This document shows positions 48,401 through 62,945 of a stretch of 64,000 nt of DNA, piece by piece. The stretch covers positions 380,767-444,766 of the forward strand of contig NW_018408079.1 of NCBI RefSeq assembly GCF_002113885.1, read 5' to 3'. The first letter of the stretch is position 1; every line of letters begins with the position of its first letter. A model generated the notes under the pieces. The model did no database searches. It was not told the DNA's origin and saw only the letters and a program-made list of their open reading frames with translations. The position numbers and the translations under genes were made by a program. The stretch comes from Mizuhopecten yessoensis. Taxonomy: Eukaryota.

Positions 48401-49948
48401 TTATTTACGTTTCTAAACCATACGGTGTAATTACAAACTTAAGTTGAATCCAACTGACAGTTCAATTTAAAGGTAAGATAACTATGAAGATAAAAACATG
48501 GCTAATAGGATACTTTATACAGTAAAATGGAGATTTCAACGAAATATGAGCTAGTACAAAAGTACTCGGCGGTATTTGCCGCTTTCCTAATCTTCAAAAA
48601 ATATTTAAATAGATACAGCCTTTTATCATATTTTTGGTAATTATTAATAAACAGTGTCACCAATGAATACTCCAGATTGTTTTCAATTTACGATTATTCA
48701 ACTTCCTCCATATCCTCCAATGGAGGTACACCCTCATCACGTGACATGCATATCTAAAACGCGGTCGCATCCAGAGAAGAAACTATTTCGGAAACGAAGA
48801 ATTTTCTTCATGACATCAAAACTACGAAAACAAGGCAAAGTTTGGGGCCACTTTCCCATAACCAGAACTAAACGGATCAACCGCTTCAACAAGTTCACAT
48901 GAAAGAAAACGACTGGAAAATATCTGGACCGAGGCTAAATTCGACACGTGCATATCGAGGGTCCAGTTGTGCCTGGCGAAGATTTACTTCGGTTACATGA
49001 AACGAACAAAACTAGTTTCCAGAGCTATTGTCCGATAAAACATAAAAAAAATCTTAAAGGATGATTATCGCTAGTTTTCGGTTTTTTATCAGGTTCAGTA
49101 CGCTTTGCCGATTGCGCTATATACACCTATAAATTATAGCTGTATTGAGCTATATTTTCTCAGATTTCAAATTTCATTAAATTAAGGTAGCTCCACACTT
49201 TCGCAATTAACCAGCAAAATTCGTTGAAACTTTCATTTAATGGTTATGCAACTATGTAGAGTTAATTTTATGAAAATCTAAACATTCCGATAGTTTGGGG
49301 ACTTTTTTGGAAAAAATACCAAAATGTTCGGAACAATAACAACAATAAAAAAAATGAAAAGAAGCATTTCTAATTAACCCTGCAAATATTTTATTTATCG
49401 CAAAATATGTAACACATGTTACACAAAGTGTATTTTTATTGAATTTGTACGGATAAAAGTGATTATCTACAGGCTAAAAGCAAACAGGACACAAAGATCT
49501 ATACATATAGAGTGGGAAATTGAACAATACATACACAATGGCTTTATAATCAATTTATTTTACATTTTACAATCACTTTGATCCGGGTAAGAGTTATCGT
49601 CCTTGAAAAAAAAAACTTTTTGCAGAGGGATGACATTTACACAATGACAGTTGTCTCTGTTAACATATAACAAAAATGATGGAAATAAATCAACAATATG
49701 ATATCAAAATTATCAATTTATTGTTTACCAAATTACCCTCAGTCATGTACACTTTGGACATCATTCCACAGTCCGCTAACTCACGGTATATGTGACATGG
49801 TATGCCGTTCTCATGTGCACTCACACATGCATTTCATAGGTATCTTGATATTTTACAAAACATTATTTTCACAGAGTAAGTAGACTACATTTGTAAACAC
49901 GATTTAATCGACAGAGCGAAACTCCCTCCAGGGGAGGATCCAGGATTT

Positions 49949-50913
49949 NNNNNNNNNNNNNNNNNNNNNNNNNNNNNNNNNNNNNNNNNNNNNNNNNNNN
50001 NNNNNNNNNNNNNNNNNNNNNNNNNNNNNNNNNNNNNNNNNNNNNNNNNNNNNNNNNNNNNNNNNNNNNNNNNNNNNNNNNNNNNNNNNNNNNNNNNNNN
50101 NNNNNNNNNNNNNNNNNNNNNNNNNNNNNNNNNNNNNNNNNNNNNNNNNNNNNNNNNNNNNNNNNNNNNNNNNNNNNNNNNNNNNNNNNNNNNNNNNNNN
50201 NNNNNNNNNNNNNNNNNNNNNNNNNNNNNNNNNNNNNNNNNNNNNNNNNNNNNNNNNNNNNNNNNNNNNNNNNNNNNNNNNNNNNNNNNNNNNNNNNNNN
50301 NNNNNNNNNNNNNNNNNNNNNNNNNNNNNNNNNNNNNNNNNNNNNNNNNNNNNNNNNNNNNNNNNNNNNNNNNNNNNNNNNNNNNNNNNNNNNNNNNNNN
50401 NNNNNNNNNNNNNNNNNNNNNNNNNNNNNNNNNNNNNNNNNNNNNNNNNNNNNNNNNNNNNNNNNNNNNNNNNNNNNNNNNNNNNNNNNNNNNNNNNNNN
50501 NNNNNNNNNNNNNNNNNNNNNNNNNNNNNNNNNNNNNNNNNNNNNNNNNNNNNNNNNNNNNNNNNNNNNNNNNNNNNNNNNNNNNNNNNNNNNNNNNNNN
50601 NNNNNNNNNNNNNNNNNNNNNNNNNNNNNNNNNNNNNNNNNNNNNNNNNNNNNNNNNNNNNNNNNNNNNNNNNNNNNNNNNNNNNNNNNNNNNNNNNNNN
50701 NNNNNNNNNNNNNNNNNNNNNNNNNNNNNNNNNNNNNNNNNNNNNNNNNNNNNNNNNNNNNNNNNNNNNNNNNNNNNNNNNNNNNNNNNNNNNNNNNNNN
50801 NNNNNNNNNNNNNNNNNNNNNNNNNNNNNNNNNNNNNNNNNNNNNNNNNNNNNNNNNNNNNNNNNNNNNNNNNNNNNNNNNNNNNNNNNNNNNNNNNNNN
50901 NNNNNNNNNNNNN
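49949..50913. other. Assembly gap
   Basis: Run of N. Confidence 1.
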
Positions 50914-51479
50914 GTACAGCATATCATCTCATTCTGGTACGTACAACTTATTACTACGTACACAATAGTATGCTGTGTGAAGATACTTTCTTGTACGTAC
51001 ACGACGGTAAGCTATAAGTACCACAATGAGATATTATGTTGTACATACATGTACAAGCACGGAATTAAGTCCGTGATACAAGATAGTTAAACAGTTCCAA
51101 CAATATATACAATACCAAAATAATTGAATGGATATGTTTAGTCGATTATACATAATATTGTCAGCCGAAAGATATGATTAATATCGCCCGGGCGGTTAGG
51201 AAGGTTACAATAAAAAGTATTAATTTTCAGATCATCTATAACGAGCGGTCAATAATATAAGTATGCAACTTATGCTAGTATATTTTCGCCGAGCGTTGCA
51301 AGTTGCAACTTGGGGTTTTGCGGAGGTGGTAAAATAAAAAAAAAACACTTTAGGGTCAAGATACAAAGTAGACGAGCGTAGCGATGCGAACAAATATTTT
51401 TTTAATAAAGAAAATATAGTAAAAATATCAGATAACGTGTGTTGACACATCATCGGCACGCACGTGTACTATTGTTTAC

Positions 51480-51704
51480 CAGGGGCCTGTTCGTTTATGT
51501 AGAACAACCGGTTTGACCGTTTATAAATGTAACAATTTCGGGTATAAATCCTGGCGGACCTGCAAATGTGTATGCAGGCATTGCACGGCTTTCTCAAGGC
51601 TCGCCTGAAAGCAGCATCAGATTACTAGGTCCGACCTTATTTAATAAACGAACAACAGTCTGAGTGGTCCGATCGGTTTGACCGTTTAAACGAAAACGGC
51701 CCTG
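51480..51704. mobile_element. Harbinger-like MITE
   Basis: CAGGGGCCTGTTCGTTTA ... TAAACGAAAACGGCCCTG inverted ends. Confidence 0.6.
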
Positions 51705-53469
51705 GTGTTACTATAATTTGCACTACGATATTGAATGCCCGATACGCAATACGGAAATGACGACACGGTGTCGATCAAGATAATGGAGTCCGAGCTGTAC
51801 TTTTTCCGGAAGTACGGCACGAAAATGGACGCTGATGACGATGTGTGGAGCAACCTTAAAGCAAAGTCGCATACAACAATAAGGTTTATGGTAATGCTGA
51901 CTACAAAATGCATACAGTTAGATGTTTATTTTCATTTTTCATAAGTGTAAAATTTCCGATTTTTTTACATCACTATTTTTTAAAAAGAATACTTATATTT
52001 AATATCTTTTGTTATCAACCTAATGATACAATCTTCTTTTAAAAGCGACTTTGTTTCGTTTTCCTTAAAAAAGAAAATCACTTGAAAATAGCTCAAAAGA
52101 CCTATTTCAGATAGGTCAATAGAGCTATTCTAGGTCTTTACAGCTATATAGCTCAATCGGCAGAGTGTACTGGACCTGTTTATATAACAAACAAAGTCGA
52201 TGGAAAAATTATTAAGAATTGAATTCGGTACGCGAAAGAAACACACCGAGTCACTACTTTATTGTTATTTATATATGACAGAAAACTCCGAAACTAAGCA
52301 TTTTGAGCTCTGCCTATTATGTTGCCCCAACATTCGAACTTGATACGCGAAAAATTCCTTGTCAAATCAGAAATATAACACCTGCTATCTATATGGAAAA
52401 ATGTCACACAATATTTACTCCCGATAACCTTGACAGACACGTGCACGTATCTTACAGTGTAATACACGGTGACGTGTTTATTACACTTTAACGCGGCACT
52501 AGACATACATAGGATGGTATGCGCTATTCGTTATGTGTTGGGACGATCCTCTGAAAGAACAATATCGTGTTTACATATGATGACCGAGGTTGGGTCAACG
52601 TGTGGTATATTATTTACTTGTACTCTACTGCAGCCTTGCGCTCTATGTAAGCATGTTCAGTCGTTACTGAATGGCGAATACGTGATGTGGCAAATTTTAC
52701 GGGAGCACTCCAATACCAGTCAGTGACGCGACATTGTTTACGGAACACGTCGGACGTGTTCGTTGATGAAGAAAAATAAGAAAGGAGTCGTTCCAGGTAA
52801 GGCTTACCATGTGTAGCCAGCCGGACAGTGTTGGCTAGTGTGTATGTAAACGATGTTATCACTTATCATGTAACACGTTGTCGTTTCCAGTGTCATGTAT
52901 ATATTAGTGTGCATTTAAATACTATAACATATGCATGCTGTACGATCAGCTGACGTAGATTTACCTGTTCAGGGACGGGAGAGTACCAGTGTACACGGAT
53001 GTTCACAGTCTGGGTTTAGCTGAGAACTCCAGGAAAGGTCAGTCCGCCATGTAAATATATAGGTTACTCGGTATCGAACCGATCACATCATGGTACCGCC
53101 ACGCACCAACAGTCGAGTGTGTATACTTTTTATAAGAGCACAGCCTACTGTCACACTATTGCAATCTAAATTCTTATAATATTGTATTTTCATTTTGTTT
53201 CCCAAAGTTATTTCCTCTCTGAAATTTATCAATTTGCCTTTCAATAATGGATTTGGTTTAAACTTTGTTTTATTCAAATTTTGTTTGACAATACATCGAA
53301 GTACATGTTTTATAAAACAGAAAAGGAAAAAACAAAAACAAGTGTCATGACACTTATGTAAATTTTTTACCTGGATTTAAATGAACAGAAACCGTTCTTT
53401 CATTATATGTTCACGGCATGTTCTGGTATTACACATTATACAACCCATACTATGTTTATGATTTCACTT

Positions 53470-53833
53470 CCCTAGTACCCCCTAGTGCCCCCTAGTACCC
53501 CCTAGTNNNNNNNNNNNNNNNNNNNNNNNNNNNNNNNNNNNNNNNNNNNNNNNNNNNNNNNNNNNNNNNNNNNNNNNNNNNNNNNNNNNNNNNNNNNNNN
53601 NNNNNGTACCCCTAGTACCCCTAGTACCCATAGTAGCCCCTAGTACCTCCTAGTACCCCTAGTACCCCCTAGTACCCCCTAGTATCCCTAGTACCCCTAG
53701 TACCCCCTAGTACCTCCTAGTACCTCCTAGTACCCCCTAGTACCCCCTAGTACCTCCTTGTACCCCTAGTACCCCCTAGTACCCCCTAGTACCCCTAGTA
53801 CCTCCTAGTACCCCTAGTACCCCCTAGTACCCC
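53470..53833. repeat. (CCCCTAGTA/CCCCCTAGTA)n simple repeat containing a gap at 53507-53605
   Basis: Directly visible 9-10-bp tandem units. Confidence 0.95.
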
Positions 53834-54557
53834 GTCACTTGATTTTGCTCTGATTTTTTTCATCAATGCCGTCGACATATTTAGAATTGCTCGGTTATTA
53901 TATTGCTTTGATATATCATTTTTGAAAAGAATAGTATACCATGATAACATATGGAGATGAAATAAAGAAAATATAATCAATTACTTGTTAAACCATTGCT
54001 GAAACCGATTAAATTATACATACTCAGCAATATTATTCTTCACTCGAACAGATTCTAGTACGCCCGCCCCTACAAGTCTCTGTTTTGTTTTTGGTTTTGT
54101 TTTGCTCTACAAAATTCACTTTCTCTATGTATACTGACTCTGATATTGGGTATAGGTAATATGAGTGACAACATATATATATATATAGGCATTACTAGAT
54201 GCAACTATAGATATATATACTTGGCCTTTCCCTGTATATAGGGAATAGAGAGGAACTATTTACCGCACGGGATGTGATGGGCACTTGAAACTGTGTAGAC
54301 AAATTATTATTGTTACATATAACGGAAAGGGCTTTTAATAACTTGTGCACAATCCCGCTGCTATTTTAAGGCAACAAAATACGTTGGATTAAAAAATCGA
54401 ACTGATTAAGCCACCAGGACACCGGAAGTGTACGAGCCAAAATGTGCTACAGTTATATCCAAAACGGTAGTAAGGGGAGGTTACCGTATGTAGAGGAAAA
54501 AACCGACAGGGCAGTGGGACATAAATCCTTAAGTAAACAAATGCATGCACTTGTGAA

Positions 54558-54571
54558 GTTGCCATGGAAAC
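54558..54571. promoter_or_regulatory. Consensus RFX X-box upstream of the MCT gene
   Basis: GTTGCCATGGAAAC matches the GTTNCCATGGNAAC consensus. Confidence 0.45.
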
Positions 54572-55397
54572 CTGTTCCGTAAGCATTGCCGAGTGGATAG
54601 GAGGGAAACATCTAGCGGGGCCTGACGCTACAACTAAGTAACATGGACGTTTGTATAACCGCGAAAATATTATCCGCAAATGTTAAATGTCATCCAGTAT
54701 ATCATGGGGTTTCGTAGATTTTTTGGAAAGTTAATACATGTATGTTCAACTAGTAGTATTAATCTATTTTCATTCTACTTTATGAAACATTGCTCTACAA
54801 AAACGTACGTATGGCATGAAGACCCGTATACTAGACAGTGGACTATATACACAATTCTTTTTATGTGGGTCAGTATTTCAACCTTCTAAACACTGAACAC
54901 GATAAAGAAAAATTACATCCTTTTAATATTTTACAACTTATATCTAAGCTTCAGATTTCGAAACACTGTAAGTCAAATCTTAAGTGAGCATGACCACAAA
55001 ATCCGAGCACTTGTTATTTCTCGGTACGAGTTGTAAGGGGCGTGCTACAGCACTTCGTATGTATAACGACCAGAATAAAGTACTACTAATTACAGTAGAG
55101 GGCAGTCGGCGGTGAATTAAATGATGCGGTTAACATGCCCCATTATAATCACTTTAAGTTTGGCTCTAGCTCAACGAGTAAGTCTGATCAGATGGTGGTG
55201 AAGGAGGAGGAAGCTGCATTGGTGTGACCCCTCGTGTTCTCTCAGTTAAATAAGAAGGACTTGCGTCAATCATCAACGTAGCACACTCGTCCTAAACTTA
55301 AAACCATGTAGGCTAATGTCACTCAATTATTATTTTTTTATTCGTTATTAGATATTAATGCCTTCGGTGATGTTTTTGCAGTATATAGTTGTATACA

Positions 55398-58300
55398 ATG
55401 GAAGATGGTGGACACGACAGGGATTCCCAAGGGGAGGATTCGGACCAGTATTCCTCTGTGACGAAGTCCGGAGGGATAGAGGAGGAAGGGAGCGCCGATC
55501 ACCTAACACAGCTTCTGGAGATCCATGAGGGAGGTCGTCCGCCGTCCCCTGGGAGTGTCGGGGAGGAGGAGAAGCAGGAATATGTGGTCCCAGACAGAGG
55601 ATGGGGATGGTGGTGTGTATTAGGTTGTGCGCTAGCACATTTTGTTACGAGTAAGTAAAACTTCCAAGCGGTTTGACTTTTTATTATTTCTTTTTGTGTA
55701 GATCTCCATTTTTATCCTGCGAATATCGGCTATTTGCTCCAATCGGGAACCGTCAACGGCATTTTCCTTAAACGAGAAATAATATAACCTATGGCACTTT
55801 ACCATAAACCAGAAGAATATATTTGATTTCTCGTTTACGGAAAGTGCCAACGGTTCCCGATGGCGCTTCGTTGTAGCAAAAGCGAAGCGCCGCCCTCGCG
55901 TAGAGTAGCAAAACAAGCCAATTCGAAACTTGGCCGAAAGTACACGACCTTGGGTATATACAAAAGTAATAATAAAATTCCACGACTTTTGTTCTGTACC
56001 AGTTAAAACAGTTTCATGATCCTGGATCCATACCAGTTTATACCAGTAATGATAGTTTCACGACCTTTGATCTATACCAGTTATAATAGTTTCACGACCT
56101 TGGATCTATACCAGTTATAATAGTTTCACGACCTTGGATGTTTACTAATTATGATAGTTTTACGACCTTTGGTCATAGATATGTACATGTTTTAATGGTT
56201 TCACTACATTAAAATTGTACCGGATCGGCCCCACTGTCTGTTTGGAATTCAATTCGATAAGCAAAGTTAGTATACTTTTTATAAATACAAAGGCTAACCG
56301 AATGGTCTACATCTGACTGGTCAATTCATCAGCTTAACGTAAATCGTGTGTCCGAGTGAAGTGGCATACTTACGCTAAGTTTGCACTGTAAAGTAGCCCC
56401 ATTAAGCCAAGTGGACACCAAAGAACCTTTAAATGTTTATTGTGATGATTTTAAGCATGTGACAGAGTGGAAGTAAGTTTAAACAGGATTGTTCCGAAAC
56501 GTAATCTTTTCCCGGTTGGATAGGATAATGCCATACTGATCTATTTTTGTTGTTGCGAAAACACTTCACTAGATACTAAAGACAACGCTTTCGTCTGTTT
56601 CAGGCGGAATGGAGAGGTCGGGCGGGGTCATTCTCCTTGAACTCCAAGAAAGATTTGAGTCGGGAGCCGCGGCTACTGCTTGGGTTATCTCCCTTAGTGC
56701 GACCTGTCGTCTTTTATTTGGTATTGAATAAATGTTTTGGTGTGAATACTGATACGTGCATTTTATGTCTATTTGAATATTTATTAACCGCTGTGTGTGC
56801 CTTAGAAGTCTTATAAAGTCAATGCTTGATAAAACCTCCAAGTGTAATGCAAAATTTGAGTCCCGGGAAGTTCAACTGAGAAGACCAAGTATTCCAAATC
56901 AATCGTCCGCCAAAAATAACTGATTACATTACGTTGATTTGATTTATTTTTCAACCCGGAAATGACGTAAAATGTGTGTGTTACAGGCCCAGTAGCCAGT
57001 ATCCTTAGTAACAAATACAGCTGTCGGACCGTGGTCATCGTTGGGGGTCTGCTGGTTTCTATTGGAGTGTTCGTGAGCGGATTTGGACCAAACATCACCT
57101 TTCTGTATTTCAGCTATGGACTGTTTTGTGGTAGGTAAATATACTGCATTCGCACAAAAATTGACGTATCTGTAATTGCAATGACGTCACTGTATACATA
57201 TATTAGTTTCAATGTGTTTGTTATAACGGTGCCGTCATTGTATTCTTACCAGAAATTATTGACAGGTTTGTGATACTTTTGACGTCATTGTATTCACAAA
57301 AGGGATATATGTAAAATTATTGAAAGGTTTGTGATGCTTTTGACTTCATTGTATTCACAAAAGGTATATATGTAATTACTGACGTTGTTATAACATACAT
57401 GAAATAAATCATATTAGGTAGTATTAGCAGGTCTCAATACTCATTTACACAAAGCTGCACTTACTTGTTTGTATCAACGACATCAAGCGTATTCATGTCT
57501 TGTGTTCTCTACATACACATAATTCATGTGTAGTATCAACGACATCACGTGTACATGTATTCATATGGTATGTCAATGACATCACGTGTATTCGTGTGTT
57601 ATATCAGCGACACCAAGTGTATGTATGTGTAGTATCAAAGACATTACGTATGTCAAAGACATAAAGTGTGTTCATATGAAGTATTGTAGACATCACGTGT
57701 ATTCATGTGTTTTATCAAAGACATTAAGTGTATTCATGTGCTTTATCAATGACATCAAGTGTATTCTTGTGTTTTATCAAAGACATAAAGTGTGTTCATG
57801 TGCTTTATCAATGACATCGAGTGTATTCATGTGTTTTATCAAAGACATAAAGTGTGTTCATGTGCTTTATCAATGACATCAAGTGCATTCATGTGTTTTA
57901 TCAAAGACATAAAGTGAGTTCATGTGAAGTATTATAGACATCACATGTATTCATGCCAGGTAACTAATCAGAACAAACCCATCGACACATATGGGACATA
58001 CATCACATGTGTCATTGCATACTTTTTTGGTAGGTTTGGGGAAGTCCTTAGCATACACCCCCGGGCTGGTGATCGTCGGTCAGTATTTTAAGAAGAAACG
58101 TGGCTTAGCCGTGGGCCTGGCTACAGCCGGCGGCGGGGTCGGAACTCTCCTGATACCTCCAGCAATCAACCGTCTGTTCAAGGAACTGCGATTTACTGGC
58201 GCCATGATGATTTTGTCAGGATTGGCTCTTCAGCTGTGTATAGCTGGCTGTCTGTACATGCCACTTGAAAAATACCGCGCATTATGTCTGCGCAGGACTG

Positions 58301-60604
58301 CAGACCCGTGAGTACAGCTAACGTGTATTTCTGTTAAAATAAAGGACAACATATCCATGGTTAGTTGTGACGTGTATCTCTGTTATAATAAAGGACAAGA
58401 GATTCGAGTGATCCATGGTTAGTTGTAAGTGTATTTCTGTTACAATAAAGGACGAGAGATCTGTCGTTAGTTGTATCATATGCAATCCTCAAAGTTCCTT
58501 GTTGACCTCACTTACGTTCTCAGCACTCCTTAAATGTAAAAACAAAATGAATGCACGCGGTAAGCTATTTGATTGGTTTCAGGTAAAAAAAAACCACACT
58601 GACCTGTCGCTGGGCTGATACATGTCCTTTAATTGAATATTACAACAGAGCGGCCTCTAACTTCAAAGTCGACGAATGCTACCATTACGCTACCGTGCGA
58701 TTCTTTGGTGGACATCAAAGGATCAAGCTAGTCTGATTGTATTATCCACACGGTAGCCGTACAAAGCATTTGATTTATTTTATCATGACATATTACAGGG
58801 GATCAGAGAACGCCAGACAGGTACCATGTAATTCATTGTTCTGATTTCATTTGTTGCATATGATACTTTATAAAATGTCGAAAATATCAAGTAAGTAATT
58901 TTATTTCGGTAATTTTGTGTTTTAGGAATGCAACCAAGCGACTGAGTCTTCAGAATGACAAAGATACAACGGTACTTCACTCAAACCCCAAAACCAAATT
59001 TTCTCTGTTGGGGATTCTAAAATGTACTCTATGTTCACATGAAAATGCTGTTAAAAGTCCACAACAGGAAACAAAGAAAAAACTTATCGACTGTAGCCTA
59101 CTGAATAATCCGTTATTCACCTCGTTGTGTATCGCCATCTTGTTTTTAGCACTTGCTTTCAGTTCGGTACTTGTTTTCATTCCATCCCTGGCCGATTTCA
59201 TCGGTCTAACACGCCTACAGGGGGCGTTCATTCTGTCCATAGCTGGTATTTTTGACACGATTGGTCGCCTAGTGTCCGGAGTCGTCCTAGATGTAGAACG
59301 AGTGAAGAAATTCCGGATGTTGGTGTATAATAGTGCAGTGTTCCTGTTGTCCACCCTGACATTCGTTCTCGCTTACGTTACCACGTTTGTACAATTAGCG
59401 ATTATTGCGGCTCTGTATGGACTTCTTATTGGCACCTACACTTCTCAGAAGACAGTGATACTTGCGGATATTTTAGGATCCGGTGCATTGTCCAGCTCGT
59501 TCGGAATTCTGATATGTTTCCAGGGAGTCGGAACTCTTCTTGGTCCACCAATTACAGGTAAGTTACATGAAGGAGAGGAGGAGGATGGCGCCAGCGTAGT
59601 CACGTGATTAAACTTAAACAAAAATTCATAGATATCAACACACCTTTTTGTAGCACGCTATCAGCACGTGCACGACACCGCAGTGTTACCTCTGTTTGTA
59701 GGATGTCATAATTTGTCCTTAATTGTTTCGTCGGTTATTAGTAACTTAAATGAGTTCTGTATTACCTCGTTCCAAGAAGACTTCTTATGGTTCATACAAA
59801 CCATTTTCAAGAACATATATTTACGTTTATAGTTTAAAAAAACATTTTGGTATTAATAGATGTTTAAACGAAGAAATATCTTCCCGTTCATATGTCCTAT
59901 CACGAAGACACCATGACGTTGATAGATCCTTTTCTACCAAGATATCTTGGCATTCATAGATGCTCGTCATGAATAAATCCTGTCGTTCATATATGTCAGT
60001 TACAAGAACACGTCTTTACAGTCATAGCTTTATAAAAGACGTTAAGTGTTGATGGTTGTTTTTTGCGAACATATCTTGGTGCTCAATGATTCAAGTTTCA
60101 AGATGAAATCATGATGTTTATGCATGCCTGTTTTATTGGCGTACTGTTTTCACGAAGATTTCTTGGCGTTTCATAGAAGCTTTTCACGAAAACCTCTTGG
60201 TGTTCATGGATAGTAGATACCAGTTTGATAAAGGCATTTTAGTGATAATACATACTTTTCGATATCTTGGTGTTCAAAACGAAAGTTTTAAAAGCCATCA
60301 TAGGGTTTATTGAAGGTTTCACGAAGAAATCTTCAAAATCCAGTTTCAAGAAGACAGTTTGGAGTCTTTTAACGAAAGTACCTCGCCATGATTCATAACT
60401 TAATGAAAAAACATTTTCAAGTCATCTTTTTATTCATTTGTAGGCTTTCTGAAGGACAATTTGGACTCCTTTGCAGTAGGATTCTATGTAGCTGCTGCCA
60501 TAAACTTTCTCGGTGCTTTGATTTTGCTTACTGGCAATATTTATCAATACACCAAAACTAGCAAACGTACGAAAACAGACAATTTGGAAATGGATGACGC
60601 TTAG
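55398..60604 (+). CDS. Monocarboxylate transporter (SLC16/MFS), 526 aa, 6 coding exons
   Basis: Exons 55398-55650, 56604-56720, 56987-57130, 58034-58307, 58926-59557, 60444-60604 in phase. MCT signature PDRGWGW, YFKKKRGLAVGLATAGGGVG, GRLVSG, LLGPPITGFLKD. The acceptor at 55381 implies an upstream 5'UTR exon. Confidence 0.92.
56020..56170. repeat. ~34-bp minisatellite
   Basis: ATAGTTTCACGACCTTGGATCTATACCAGTTATA repeats. Confidence 0.8.
57470..57955. repeat. 31-bp minisatellite in an MCT intron
   Basis: TATCAA(A/T)GACAT..AGTG..TTCATGTG at a 31-bp period (57775, 57806, 57837, 57868, 57899). Confidence 0.85.
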
Positions 60605-62292
60605 TCATTTTTGTTTTGTTTTGTTTTGTCAGGGGAATGACTACATGGCTAAACCGGTGCATTCGGTGTATTTATCGTACACCTGTTGTATAGTCGAGTT
60701 GATTAGTTCCATTATATATCCAAGGAATTAACGTATTACCGGACGTGAACGTTTGAAATTTTGAGATTTTCATATTGAGATTACTACTTAACGATAAACT
60801 TTAAATAATACTGAAATTATTTCTAACCTTATCTGACTTAATTTCAAATAAAACTTGATAGGCAGAGGTCTTTATTGACAAGAAATATAGTTCTAGTATT
60901 TTATTTCGAGTAATGAGATAAATGTCGCTTAATGATCGTCTCAGCAAATGTCGGAAATTCTACATTTGTTGGACGCCATACCACTTTATAATAATTACAT
61001 TGGCGATAGCTGGCTGTTGGCTGTTCCGTTTATTGAAGATCTATCTTAGATTTGAAGAATACATACGAAATTTATGTATTGAATGATTGCAAAATTTCAT
61101 ATAAATATGGATACAAACATTGAACTATAGGACGTTCATATTTACACTCGTTTATTTCCAACAGAATTGCCGACAAAATGCATACCGTGCTATCATGCTT
61201 AATTTGATTTGTCTGTAATCCTGTACATAATTCTACGAATGCAACTGCAACATCACAGACCTAAGTATTTGATTACCAAGGGATGAAGACAATTGTAGAC
61301 ACACGTTCAAGTTGAACACGTCAAATGAAAAAGAACAGAGAGGATAATAGTTACAGTAATGACACCGGTAATAATATCAACTTGTCTGTACAAGTATACC
61401 ATGATGAAAAACGTTAAAATGATATTGAGATATCACAAATATGAATAAATGAACAAGTTACGCATATGAACAAAACGTTCATGCTGGCAATACAACCCAT
61501 GATATCGATTTTAGAATTCCGAATGCTGCATCCGATACTACATTGTCAGTACGTGAATGAGATTCAATGAATTAAACAACATCAACACGATTCCAAACGT
61601 CCACGATTGGTCAGGCCGAGCGTGACACTGTCATGTAAGTTGCTTGTATCGACATTTTTTTTTTTATCTCGCGTTACAGTGCACGTGACCGAACGTTATA
61701 CGTTGCGCATAACTTCCCGCACTATAGCCTGCATACGTGATTTACTAGTTAACGGCTTCGAGGCTTCACACAGAAATACAGGTGTTTTTCCTGGAAGAAC
61801 ATCTCTAGGACTTCCGAATGTACAATGTATCTGACTAAACAATCAAACTGATTAAACGAAGTTTGATTCACCAATCCTACTTTGAAAGCATTATTACTGT
61901 ATAACAAAGCAAACTGACTAATCACAGATTAATACAGCAATATCAATCGTATAAGAAACACTATATACTGAAAAATCATAGATAAGTGAAAATTTAGATT
62001 AGTACACAAATAAGGATAGCTGTCATTCAACAAGACACTAAAACTATTCCTTTTTATTATGTTTTCTTTTATAAAGACATGGGTATACGTGAAAAGAAAG
62101 TACATTTCCCGCTAACAAAAATGTCGAGAAAAGAAAAGTTCACAATATGTAAACGTCAGGTCTATTGTGGTGTTATCCATTGTTGCTGTTAACCATGCAC
62201 TCTGATTTGTCGGTTTAGCGTGAAAGTAACAAATAGGTGTTTTGAGTGCCACATAGGGGAAATTTCAATACTACTTTTACCGTAATATAATC

Positions 62293-62945
62293 ATACATAT
62301 AGCACACGACCAAATACTGGTACTGATTGAACATTCGTACTGATTAAACATAGTTTCTGACGAAACACATACATCACACGACCAAATACTGGTACTGATT
62401 GAACATTCGTACTGATTAAACATAGTTTCAGACAAAACACATATAGCACACGACCAAATACTGGTACTGATTGAACATTCGTAATGATTAAACATAGATT
62501 CTGACAAAACACATATATCACACGACCAAATACTGGGACTGATTGAACATTCGTACTGATTAAACATAGTTTCTAACAAAACACATATAGCACACGACCA
62601 AATACTCGTACTGATTGAACATTCGGACTGATTAAACATAGTTTCTGACAAAACACATGTAGCACACGACCAAATACTCGTACTGATTGAACATTCGTAC
62701 TGATTAAACACAGTTTCTGACAAAACACATATTCCGTCTTTGCGTATTGCAGAGTTATCTTCTCTTGGGAACAGGGATTGATTGTTTCGTCACTTGTTTT
62801 TGAGAGGAACGTCATCCAATTTTGAGAAAAAAAACGTAATTTCCCCGCACAAAACAATGACGTAACAATAAATCCCTGCTCCCAAGAGAAGATAACTCTG
62901 CAATACGCAAAGACGGAATATCACACGACCAAATACTCTTACTGA
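62293..62945. repeat. 72-bp minisatellite (~6 copies) interrupted by a MITE at 62730-62920 (same family as 36422-36611)
   Basis: CACACGACCAAATACT.GTACTGATTGAACATTCG repeats; the unit resumes (TCACACGACCAAATACTC) directly after the MITE. Confidence 0.9.

Larger units (their letters stand above)
49090..52178. mobile_element. Putative DNA transposon defined by ~35-bp TIRs, spanning a gap and nested MITEs
   Basis: CAGGTTCAGTACGCTTTGCCGATTGCGCTATATA versus the reverse complement of TATATAGCTCAATCGGCAGAGTGTACTGGACCTG. Confidence 0.5.

Noticed and set aside
49869-51002. Long ORFs of 345-377 aa
   Set aside because: Artefacts of the N gap.
58799-58820. AG/GT-bounded 22-nt micro-exon candidate in MCT intron 4
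   Set aside because: Inclusion breaks the frame; exons 58307 and 58926 already join in phase.
62277-62857. Cys-rich repetitive 148-aa ORF and overlapping ORFs
   Set aside because: A by-product of a 72-bp (multiple of 3) minisatellite; open in several frames, and its start abuts a MITE.
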